A DNA stretch of 64,000 nt. Source: an uncultured Lentisphaerales bacterium. GTDB lineage: Bacteria; Verrucomicrobiota; Lentisphaeria; JABSQK01; UBA12247. A program made the translations under genes and the position numbers. This document shows, piece after piece, positions 51,689-64,000 of the stretch (position 1 is its first letter; each line of letters begins with the position of its first letter). The notes beneath the pieces were generated by a model. That model worked only from the letters and a program-made list of their open reading frames with translations, ran no database searches and was not told the origin of the DNA. The stretch lies in assembly GCA_943788985.1 (NCBI GenBank), contig CALSSJ010000004.1, forward strand, positions 1 to 64,000, read 5' to 3'.

Positions 51689-53296
51689 TCACCCTTCATC
51701 CTTCACGCCACCACAAACCGTTACTGCCTCCAGCCGCATCGCTTCGGCGGCGGTGGGATCACCGGCGGCAAGCAGCGCCTGGACCAGATTGCCATAGACC
51801 TCACAGCGAAACGGAGTGTCGTAGGCAACGGCCTGCGACAAACAGGTGACTGCCGCCTTGGGCCGACCGCTCAATAGCGCGGCGCGACCCGCATTCACCA
51901 TCGCCTCCACGTAATCGGGGCGCAGCGAGAGCGCCTTCACGAACAACGGAAACGCATCCTCATTCCGCCCTAGGGCAGTGTAGCCATTCCCCAGATCAAA
52001 GAGCACCTCCGGATCTTCTGGCAACTTGTCGGCAGCCACCTCCCAGAGCGGCACGATCTCGGTCCAGTCGCGTTCGGCGTCCAGATAGGCGCGCCCAAGC
52101 TGGTGATAGGCAAAGCCCGAATCCCGATATTCCTTGTAGTATTCCCACAGCGCCGAAGCGCTCTCCCAGCGCTGCAGATTCATCACCGTCGGCAGAACCA
52201 GAGCGAGTGCCAGCAAGCCCGCACAGCACCGGGCAAGCCCCGACCGCTTCACCGCCATCCTCTCGAACAGCAGGCACACTACCAGCGCGACCCCAAACAT
52301 GGCCATGTAGGTGTAACGATCAGCAGTGATGAACTCGCGATACGAAAGCAGCAGCTTCACCTGAGGCAGCAAAAACAGGGCAACGCAACTCGCCCCAGCC
52401 ACAATCACATACTGCTTCCGCCATGCAGCCCAGCCAACGCCAGCCACTGCTGTCAGAATCAGCCCTGCCCCCACCCAGGCCAAGGTTGCGAACTCCGCAG
52501 GCCACTCGTAGTAATGCAGCGAGGGCTGCCACAGGCTGAGCCGCTGAAGCCAGTCCGTAAGAATCCATGGCACGTGCGCCAGTCGCAAGGCGACAGCTGG
52601 GGCATCGCCGGGCAATGGCGCTGCTGTCTGGTTCAGCAACAGACAGATCAAGCCAGCGCAGCCGACACCGCCGATCGCCACAAGCCGTCCCCGCGTCAAG
52701 CTCTGCCCCTCCGCCAGAGCCAGGACTACCAACACCCCAGGCAAGACAATTGCCACCGGTTTTGCAAACATCGCAACAATCGCGAGCAGAATACACAGCG
52801 TCCAACGCCGATCCAGAAAGCTCCACATAGCAGCCAGCGAGAAGGCTGCCGATAACACATCTTTGCGCCCGGACGCCCAGGCCACAGCCTCCACTTGCAG
52901 CGGATGAAAGCCGAACACAACCGCCGCCACCACGCCAGCCAACCAGCCGCCGCTGAGGCGCTCGCAGATCTTCCACACCAGAAGTGTCGAGATCAGGTGC
53001 AACAGCACGTTCGTGAGATGAACAGCCCAGGGCGCGAGCTCGAACAACGCCCGTTCGAGCCAGAAACTCAGGTAGGTGACCGGGATGTACAGGACTTCCC
53101 CAGGAATCGTGCCGGGCCGCAGTACTTGCCTTAGCGTCTCCCAGCTTGCCTCGAGCAGCACTGGGTTCTGGAGGATGTACTGCGGGTCATCCCAATTAGT
53201 AAAGGAAAAGCTGAGACACTGCCCATAGACTAAGAGAACAGCGGCCCCTAGGGCTGGCCCAGTGTACCGCCGCCACTCTGTCTCGGTGTCGCTCAA
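51689..53296 (-). CDS. TMTC-like membrane glycosyltransferase (GT-C) with C-terminal TPRs
   Basis: FTNWDDPQYI..NP, HLTNVLLH, HPLQVEAVAW.SGRKD, ADRYTY, TPR helices. Confidence 0.85.
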   Translation of the reverse strand: MSDTETEWRRYTGPALGAAVLLVYGQCLSFSFTNWDDPQYILQNPVLLEASWETLRQVLRPGTIPGEVLYIPVTYLSFWLERALFELAPWAVHLTNVLLHLISTLLVWKICERLSGGWLAGVVAAVVFGFHPLQVEAVAWASGRKDVLSAAFSLAAMWSFLDRRWTLCILLAIVAMFAKPVAIVLPGVLVVLALAEGQSLTRGRLVAIGGVGCAGLICLLLNQTAAPLPGDAPAVALRLAHVPWILTDWLQRLSLWQPSLHYYEWPAEFATLAWVGAGLILTAVAGVGWAAWRKQYVIVAGASCVALFLLPQVKLLLSYREFITADRYTYMAMFGVALVVCLLFERMAVKRSGLARCCAGLLALALVLPTVMNLQRWESASALWEYYKEYRDSGFAYHQLGRAYLDAERDWTEIVPLWEVAADKLPEDPEVLFDLGNGYTALGRNEDAFPLFVKALSLRPDYVEAMVNAGRAALLSGRPKAAVTCLSQAVAYDTPFRCEVYGNLVQALLAAGDPTAAEAMRLEAVTVCGGVKDEG

Positions 53297-56200
53297 CTAC
53301 GCGGCCGGCTCTGCTGGTTTCCACCGCTTACGCCGCTCCGGCAGATTGCGGTCTCCCCGGATGTGCACCGCGTCCTCTCCCAGCACGTCACGCAATCCAT
53401 GATAGCAGTCCATCGTCAGCGTGATCTTGTCTCGCAGCTCAATAAAGGCAATGTTCCCCCCCTTGCAGCCCGCCGTAAGAATGACCGGCGTATGCCCAGG
53501 ATTGGCCTGCAGCAGGCCCTGAACCGAGGCAAGCTGATCCGACGTACTCTCGTCTTCACGAATTCGGACATGAAACTCCTCAGTGTAGGTGGCAGGCGCA
53601 TCTTCAATCGGCATCACCCGCGATACGATGAGCTTGGCCGACTCTTCCGAATCGCGCCGAGCCACGAACCCTTCCAACACGACGACTGCCCCGTTGATTA
53701 CCGCCGGGCCAAACTCGGCATACTTCTTCGAGAAACACAGACATTCCACGGTCCCATCCAGCCCTTCGAGATAGATCACTGCCCAAGGCATTCCGTCCTT
53801 CTTCGAAATCTTGGTCTCCACCAAATTAATGAGCCCGCCAATCCGAATCGGGTCATTGTCCTCCGCGTCCTTCATCCCGATCACTGTCGTGGACGAGATT
53901 GACCGAATCAACGACGAGTGCTGCCCCAGTGGATGTCCAGTCACATAGAAGCCCAGCAGCTCTTTCTCGGTCTTCAGAATGTCAGACTCATCCCATTCTG
54001 GCACGTCGGGCACCACTAGGTCATCATTGGAAGTACCGGTATCGTCGATCAGCATATCGAAGAAGGTATTCTGGCCCAATTCCTTATCCTTCGAAGCCGC
54101 GCTGGCTCGCGCCAGAGTATCATCGATCATCAGCATCATCTGCGAACGGCGCAAGCCGAAGCAGTCGAACGCTCCACAGCGGCAAAGATTCTCCATCACC
54201 CGCCGGTTGACCGCACTTCCCGTGCGCTCGCACATATCAAGCATGGTCTCGAAGTCGCCATTCTCCTCACGCGCCGAAATAAGTCCCTCCGAAGCCGCGT
54301 GGCCCACGCCCTTGATTGCGGCCAGCCCAAAGCGAATCGACCCGGCGTCCACGGTGAAATCCAGATCGCTGCGATTAACATCTGGCGGCAGCACCTGGAT
54401 GCCCATCTCATTCGCCTCACTGATCAGGATTGTCACCGCATCGGCAGTGGACATGGCGCTCGACAAGTTGGCAGCCAGAAACGCGACCGGATAATTCGCC
54501 TTCAAATAGGCGGTCTGATACGAAATCAGGCCATAGGCTGCACTGTGGGATTTATTGAATCCATAGCCTGCGAACATCTCGATTTTATCAAAAATGCGCT
54601 TGGCTCGCTCCGCTGAGATGTCACGCTTAGCGCAGCCCTCGATAAACTTCTCGAGCTGGGCGGCCATGACATCGATTTTCTTCTTGCCCATTGCCCGACG
54701 CAGCAGATCCGCTTCTGCCAGCGTAAATTTTGCGAGCACCTGCACCACCTGCATAACCTGCTCCTGGTAGAGCATGATCCCGTAGGTCTCACTCAGAACT
54801 GGTTCCATGTCAGGGTGGTCGTACTCGACCTTGGTCTTGCCCATCTTGCGCTCGATAAACTCGTCGATAAACTGCATCGGCCCAGGCCGGTAAAGCGCAA
54901 TCAACGCAATGATGTCCTCCAAACGGTCCACGCCAAACTTACGGCACAGGTCTTGCATCCCCCCCGATTCCAGCTGAAAAACCGCGACCGTCTTGCCTTG
55001 GTTCAACAGGTCGTAGGTCGGCTTGTCCTCAAGCGGAAAGTCGATCGGCACCAGCTCCTCGCCCATCGCCTTCTTGACGATCGCCACGGTGTCACTGATG
55101 ATCGTCAGCGTTCGCAGCCCCAAAAAGTCCATTTTCAACAGGCCAAGATCCTCGCAGGGCCCGCCCGGATACTGGGTAATCGCCTCGTTCCCCTGCCCTC
55201 TTCCCAGCGGCACAAGGTTCGTCAACGGCTGATCGCCGATAATCACCCCGGCCGCGTGAATACTCGTATTGCGGACCAGCCCTTCCAGCGGCTGCGAGTA
55301 CTTGAAGATCTCCTCGACCCACTCCTCATTTTCGCGCATCTGGACCAGTTCGCTGCTCTCCTCCAAGGCCCGAGCAAGCGTCATTTTGGGATCGGCAGGC
55401 ACCGCCTTAGACAGCCGGTTTCCATCCTCAAAAGGCCGTCCTAATGCCCGCGCCACATCCTTGAGCACAGCCTTGGCCTTCAAGGTCCCGAAGGTCCCAA
55501 TCTGCGCCACATTCTCCGCGCCGTATTTGTTCCGCACGTAGTCGATCACTTCGACCCGGCGACGCTCGCAAAGATCGATATCAAAGTCGGGCGGGCTCAC
55601 GCGATCCGGATTCAGAAAGCGCTCAAACAGCAGGTTATAGCGCAACGGCTCAATATCAGTAATATTCAGCAGATACGCCACGATACTCCCGGCACCACTA
55701 CCGCGCCCAGGCCCCACGGGGATCCCCTCCTTCCGAGCGTAGTGCAGAAAGTCCCAGACCACCAAAAAGTAGCTGACAAAGCCCATGCGATCGATAATCG
55801 CGATCTCATGCTCCATGCGGTCCAACACCGCCTTGCCCTCCGCATCCTGCCCCTCGTAGCCATTGGTCTCGAGGTTTATCCCATAGCGGGCCAGCAGTCC
55901 CAGCTTGCACTGTATTCTGAGGAAGTCGTTCCGATCCGAGCCATCCGGTGGATCATAGACCGGGTAATGGTTCACCCCGGTTTCCATCGTCACGTTGCAC
56001 TTCTCGGCCACTTCCATCGTGTTGCGCAGCGCTTCCGGATAGTCCTTAAACAGCTCCGCCATTTCCTCAGGACTCTTCACGTAGTACTCCGGCCCTCCGG
56101 AGAAACGCATGCGGTTCGCATCCTTCATCGTCTTCTGGGTGCCGATGCACAACAGCACCTCATGCGGCAAGGCATGATCTCGGGTCAAATAGTGCGCGTC

Positions 56201-56818
56201 ATTGGTCGCCAGCAGCTTCACATCCATTTCCGAAGCCAGCTTCAACAGCCCTCGGTTCACCACCTCCTGCTCCCGGAAGCCATGGTCCTGCATCTCGATA
56301 TAAAAATCTTCTCGGCCAAAAATATCGAGGTAGTCTCCGAGAATCTCCTTTGCCTGCTTCTCGGTGCCATTCAGCAGTGCCTGCGGCACCTCTCCGCCCA
56401 GGCAGCTCGTCGTCGCGATGATCCCCTTCGAGTGCTGCGAGAACGACTCGCGATCAATCCGCGGTTTGTGGTAGAAACCCTCCAGGTAGGAGATCCCACT
56501 CAGCTTGCACATGTTCTGATAGCCCAGGTTGTCCTTCGCCAGCGCCAGCTGATGATAGCCACGACAATTCGAATGGTTCGGGTTCTGCTCGAAGCGACTC
56601 CCGGGAGCCAGATAGAACTCACAGCCGATAATCGGCTTGATCCCCGCTTTGGACATCGTGTGATAGAAATCGAAGGCCCCGGCCATGCTGCCATGATCCG
56701 TGATCGCGATCGAGTCCATTCCCATCTCATCCGTCAACTGCGCGAGATCTTTGATCCGGCACGCGCCGTCCAATAAACTGTAGTCGCTGTGGCAATGCAG
56801 GTGCGTAAATTCAGCCAT
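53297..56818 (-). CDS. dnaE: DNA polymerase III alpha subunit
   Basis: HLHCHSDYSLLDG, GRGSGAGS, PDFDIDL, YGFNKSH, C-terminal OB fold. Confidence 0.98.
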   Translation of the reverse strand: MAEFTHLHCHSDYSLLDGACRIKDLAQLTDEMGMDSIAITDHGSMAGAFDFYHTMSKAGIKPIIGCEFYLAPGSRFEQNPNHSNCRGYHQLALAKDNLGYQNMCKLSGISYLEGFYHKPRIDRESFSQHSKGIIATTSCLGGEVPQALLNGTEKQAKEILGDYLDIFGREDFYIEMQDHGFREQEVVNRGLLKLASEMDVKLLATNDAHYLTRDHALPHEVLLCIGTQKTMKDANRMRFSGGPEYYVKSPEEMAELFKDYPEALRNTMEVAEKCNVTMETGVNHYPVYDPPDGSDRNDFLRIQCKLGLLARYGINLETNGYEGQDAEGKAVLDRMEHEIAIIDRMGFVSYFLVVWDFLHYARKEGIPVGPGRGSGAGSIVAYLLNITDIEPLRYNLLFERFLNPDRVSPPDFDIDLCERRRVEVIDYVRNKYGAENVAQIGTFGTLKAKAVLKDVARALGRPFEDGNRLSKAVPADPKMTLARALEESSELVQMRENEEWVEEIFKYSQPLEGLVRNTSIHAAGVIIGDQPLTNLVPLGRGQGNEAITQYPGGPCEDLGLLKMDFLGLRTLTIISDTVAIVKKAMGEELVPIDFPLEDKPTYDLLNQGKTVAVFQLESGGMQDLCRKFGVDRLEDIIALIALYRPGPMQFIDEFIERKMGKTKVEYDHPDMEPVLSETYGIMLYQEQVMQVVQVLAKFTLAEADLLRRAMGKKKIDVMAAQLEKFIEGCAKRDISAERAKRIFDKIEMFAGYGFNKSHSAAYGLISYQTAYLKANYPVAFLAANLSSAMSTADAVTILISEANEMGIQVLPPDVNRSDLDFTVDAGSIRFGLAAIKGVGHAASEGLISAREENGDFETMLDMCERTGSAVNRRVMENLCRCGAFDCFGLRRSQMMLMIDDTLARASAASKDKELGQNTFFDMLIDDTGTSNDDLVVPDVPEWDESDILKTEKELLGFYVTGHPLGQHSSLIRSISSTTVIGMKDAEDNDPIRIGGLINLVETKISKKDGMPWAVIYLEGLDGTVECLCFSKKYAEFGPAVINGAVVVLEGFVARRDSEESAKLIVSRVMPIEDAPATYTEEFHVRIREDESTSDQLASVQGLLQANPGHTPVILTAGCKGGNIAFIELRDKITLTMDCYHGLRDVLGEDAVHIRGDRNLPERRKRWKPAEPAA

Positions 56819-56952
56819 GGGTCTCCCGATCATCCTTCTCACTCATTTCATCGATTGCGAAGCCTATCTAACCGGCCCGCTTTCCATCGTCAAGGGAAAC
56901 AAGCAAACTTCCTCGAATCCTAGTCCCAATCGAAAGGCTTCTTCCGCCCACC

Positions 56953-56978
56953 ACTGGGAGCGCCGGATTTATCCGGCA
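56953..56978 (+). repeat. REP-like element, left arm
   Basis: ACTGGGAGCGCCGGATTTATCCGGCA, the exact reverse complement of 59115-59140. Confidence 0.85.
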
Positions 56979-57189
56979 AATCTAAAGACCACCGTCTTCT
57001 TCACCGAAGTAGGCTCCGCTCCCCCTCTCCGCTGGACAATGTCCCACGCTCTCCTGTCGTTGCTACCAGGCGGGCCCCTCCCTCGACTCCTTCGCTGCCC
57101 ATGCAGGCCCCACGCTTACTCGTCGCCCGGCTCCTGTTTCCTCGCCAAGCTTCGCGCTAGGCGACCATCGAGGGCGTCAGGCGGTTGGA

Positions 57190-57398
57190 CGACTAAGGAC
57201 AGGATCAGCGGCAATGTCCAGGGCTTGTTCGACTTCAGCATTGCCGGCGAGGAGATCAAGCAGGAGTGGATTCGCAGCGGCTTTGAAGCAACTCATCAGC
57301 TCAACGACCGCCTGAGCGTGACCGCGTCGATCTTGGCCTCGACGCGCGGCGAAGATCCGCAGGTCTCGACAGGAATCAATCTTTGCTATCAGCTCTAA
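57190..57398 (+). pseudogene. Autotransporter/outer-membrane beta-barrel C-terminal fragment
   Basis: WIRSGFEATHQLNDRLSVTASI...STGINLCYQL* alternating beta-strand pattern; no N-terminus. Confidence 0.5.
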
Positions 57399-57561
57399 CT
57401 GAAGGAGCCCCGAACTTGCTTACCGATCTTATCAGTTTACAGCAAGTCAGGCCTGGTGGGGAATTGTGTCATAACAAGCGGAACGCCTGTATCAAGACAA
57501 GCATTCTTGCATGTCCCCCCCCCACCGACTTTCCCTCCCACCTCCGCATCGAGACTCGATC

Positions 57562-57992
57562 ATGATGCCCTACAACCGACACTTTGACGACGAACGCCTG
57601 ACCAACTTCACCCGTTCGGTTGATCGCCAGAAGATGACCCTGCGCGAGGAAGGCGGCTGGCTACTGCCAGGCGGTGCCTACTTGGCTGTGGACGACAAGG
57701 CGGGACAGACGCACAAAGTGATCGCCGAGAGTCTGGGCCGGGCATTGGTGGCTCGGGCTCGATTGCGACGATGCCGCCGGTGGTGCGATTCTATTGCCTG
57801 ATGGGGGGCAATGCGGATCGTCTACCTCTCTCGGGCCAAGACCACGGGGCGGACCTCCTTCTGTGTCGTGTTTGCGCGGGAATCAGGACGGATCGTGGCC
57901 AGGAAACGACGTTCGAGGGCTTCAGCGAGGAGCCGGAGCCTGAGGCATGGGAGAGTTGGCTGGATGCCTTGCGCCGCCGGCTTGGCGGATAG
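57562..57992 (+). pseudogene. Frameshifted hypothetical gene
   Basis: Overlapping coding-like segments in three frames (57511-57801, 57811-, 57771-57992). Confidence 0.35.
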
Positions 57993-58096
57993 TCCGCAAT
58001 GGGAGAGCCCTTCGGCGGGGTCAGGGGCAATGATTATGCAATTTGAATCTGCGGTGTGGTAGGGTTTATTCCTTGGAATCGGAGCAGGATTGAATC

Positions 58097-58200
58097 ATGG
58101 CCCGGCCTTTGCGGGTAGAGTTCGAGAATGCCTCGTATCATCTTGTCAACCGCGGCAATCAGCGACAGCGGACCTTTCGTAGAAGGGACTGCCAAATGAT
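58097..58200 (+). mobile_element. Truncated REP-associated tyrosine transposase (RAYT, Y1/HUH) N-terminus
   Basis: MARPLRVEFENASYHLVNRGNQRQ matches the MARP.R......YH...RGN start of RAYTs; not listed in the ORF track. Confidence 0.75.
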
Positions 58201-59114
58201 CTTCTTCCCTTCTTTCCTTCCTTGCTGTGGAATTCCCTGCTCTGGCTAACTCGATGGCTCGCATCGCGAGCTGGTCTTGAACTAGGGTTCCGCGTGTTCC
58301 GAGTTGGTCAGTCCAGCGGCCCGGAGAGTTCGTTTGAACCGGATCGACACGGTAACGATATGATAAGACTATCTGGGAGTTCATCTGGAAATTAGTTGCC
58401 GCACTCATGGCAGCATCCGGCATGAGCGTTGCCATGTCGGTCCTCTTCGGGCACGGCATCATGCGGACTGAAGCCTCGGGAGAGGTCGAAGAGTTCGAGA
58501 GTATCCTCTGCCTCCCACAGGCTCGCGCCCCGGCCGATCACCTTGTCTTTCGACGTTGGTTCCAGGCACTGCTGCTAATGGTTTCGGTGGGGGCCGTTGC
58601 ACTACGTATAGGCGGAACGCTCGATGGGAGAACCTTTGAAGTTCCGATCGCAGTTCCAGGGATTTTCGATGCTCTTTTGCTCGTGCAATGCCGTCGCAGT
58701 GTCCAGCGCCAATTCGCGATGCAGCTCGCCAGACTGAGTGACATTGAACGTGACCTAGATGCCGTTTTTGATGGAAGCGACAGCCAACAATCAGGTGCTC
58801 CCGGAAAGCGGGAGACTTGAGCGTTGAATATCGCTGGTGAGGGGGCTGAGAATGCGGAGTCCGCACCTGGAATGGATCGGCCCAAGAGGATCTGCGGAGT
58901 CCGCAAGGAGAATAATGCAGGCGAGACGCCTGCGCTCCCAAGGGTTGGATTAGTCGCGCAGGCGCTCTAAGAGGCCCTGGGTGGCGCGGTGCAGGAGAGC
59001 CCTTCGGGCGGGGGCAGGGCTTGATGATGATGCAGCTCAAGGGCAACACGCTAGAAGCTGATAGTAGCCACTCCCGCAATAGCGGGCCGTCTCTAACGGC
59101 ATGAGGGTCAGGAA

Positions 59115-59140
59115 TGCCGGATAAATCCGGCGCTCCCAGT
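59115..59140 (-). repeat. REP-like element, right arm
   Basis: TGCCGGATAAATCCGGCGCTCCCAGT. Confidence 0.85.
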
Positions 59141-59319
59141 CTTACTCGCGCCGTTATCCTAGGGAGGACTGACTGAGAACAGCACCTCGCTACTCTGGCG
59201 GAGAACCATGCGGCTCGACAGGTGAGCGACAATCCAGCCGTTCGAACCTTACGGAATCTGCGAATATGCGCATGGTATGCTCTTTCCTCACACGCGCGCG
59301 AATAATTTAAGAACATTCC

Positions 59320-63081
<3,762 letters not shown>

Positions 63082-63403
63082 GAATCTCCCGCAAACACGC
63101 AGAGAAGAAGGTGCCCGCTAAGAACGCGAGCCGACCTCCAGGGAGCCGGGCTCCCTGCAAGGGGGCAGCGAAGCGGCAAATCGCGCGAAAGAAGAGCTAG
63201 TGCAACTCCTGCTCTAAATCAATCATCAAATAAGGTACTTTCGCGTGTTTAGCGGGCTATTCCTTCGGGGGAATCATCTTGGTGGCAGGTAAGTTCTGAA
63301 GTCTATTTCGGCGCTGAGCGGGCCGTAACGGCCAGCTCTAATCCATGCCTGCACAATCTACGGATCACTTGCCCATCGCCTGACCATGCTCCGGCAGCGC
63401 CGC

Positions 63404-63530
63404 CCCCCTCCGGACTCTTTGCGTTCTCTGCGTTCTTTCGCGGCCATTCTTCCTCGAAATGACTCCCCCTCCGGACTCTTTGCGTTCTCTGCGTTCTTTC
63501 GCGGCCATTCTTCCTCGAAATGACTCCCCC
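63404..63530. repeat. Perfect 61-bp tandem duplication (two copies)
   Basis: CCCCCTCCGGACTCTTTGCGTTCTCTGCGTTCTTTCGCGGCCATTCTTCCTCGAAATGACT at 63404 and 63465. Confidence 0.9.
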
Positions 63531-63854
63531 CCCCTGTGGTGCATGACGCAGCCAACAACCAAACGTGGGAGATCCCCCTGGCGAATGTCACCATCCTCGG
63601 TGCCCACGGCCGGTCCATCATCTACAGCAGGACGGACAGCGCTGGCAAGGCAGCCGTGTACATGGCAGAGATCGTGCTGCCTTAGGGCGTGCGCATAAAT
63701 AGAGCCGAAAGAGCGATAGGATCAACGGGGAAACAGTCTGACCACGGTAAAATAAGCTTGACCGCAGCCAGAGCCCCCGTATAGTCGCTAAACTTTCAGT
63801 GCCAGAAATCGCAGTGAAAGTCCAATTGAATTGCTGCTGGGCAGAGAAATAGAG

Positions 63855-63928
63855 AAGGCCCTGCAAAACAGTCTGTTGACCAGACGCGGTGACCCCGTGT
63901 GTGCTCAGCTGTTTTGCAGGGCCTTTTT
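63855..63928 (+). terminator. 17-bp inverted repeat with T-tract (terminator/attenuator or MITE)
   Basis: AAGGCCCTGCAAAACAG ... CTGTTTTGCAGGGCCTT+TTT, upstream of AGGAGG and an ATG at 63996. Confidence 0.5.
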
Positions 63929-64000
63929 GTATTCTAGCCAGGCCGCAAAACTGTCGGCCACCGGATTTAACAACCCAACACGCAGGAGGATCCCCATGAA

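Noticed and set aside
55742..56776. Long antisense ORFs over dnaE and other genes
   Set aside because: Shadow ORFs typical of GC-rich coding DNA
58390..58790. Minus-strand frame with three TAG stops (possible amber recoding)
   Set aside because: Host genes end in TAG normally and a TAA follows; decay is the simpler explanation
59145..59319. SAM or cobalamin riboswitch upstream of metH
   Set aside because: Only TTATC resembles SAM-I; no GCAACC/GTGC core or B12 box seen
63404..63530. CRISPR array
   Set aside because: Two contiguous identical units, no unique spacers, no cas genes

Overview
GC-rich bacterial chromosomal segment. Gene content (sulfatases, DUF2851, DUF4159/MoxR, P18-less RNase P RNA) suggests a PVC-superphylum, possibly Lentisphaerota-like, genome; this is inference only. 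Many single-base frameshifts, several at homopolymer runs and densest at 28-34 kb, suggest a long-read assembly, so some ORF-track fusions and splits are artefacts. Core genes: tRNA-Arg(CCG), rnpB, dnaE, metH, mvaD, a MenE-like ligase, an MsbA-like ABC transporter, an M16C peptidase, HtrA and an SSADH. Accessory or decaying regions: a glycan locus at 0.2-7 kb (GH18, broken sulfatase, GH20, LacI remnant), IS3 and AlkD remnants at 50-51.6 kb, and a 2.2-kb REP-bounded cassette containing a RAYT fragment at 57-59 kb. Most striking: (1) a sigma70-family factor fused to an RNA polymerase alpha-CTD-like domain and overlapping mvaD; (2) a tandem double PilT/PilU ATPase in one polypeptide; (3) two intergenic ~150-160 nt rod-shaped hairpins with central bubbles (6S-like RNA or REPIN candidates); (4) a GT-C/GT-A glycosyltransferase fusion facing DUF547. 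All family calls rest on motif recognition by eye; no searches were run.
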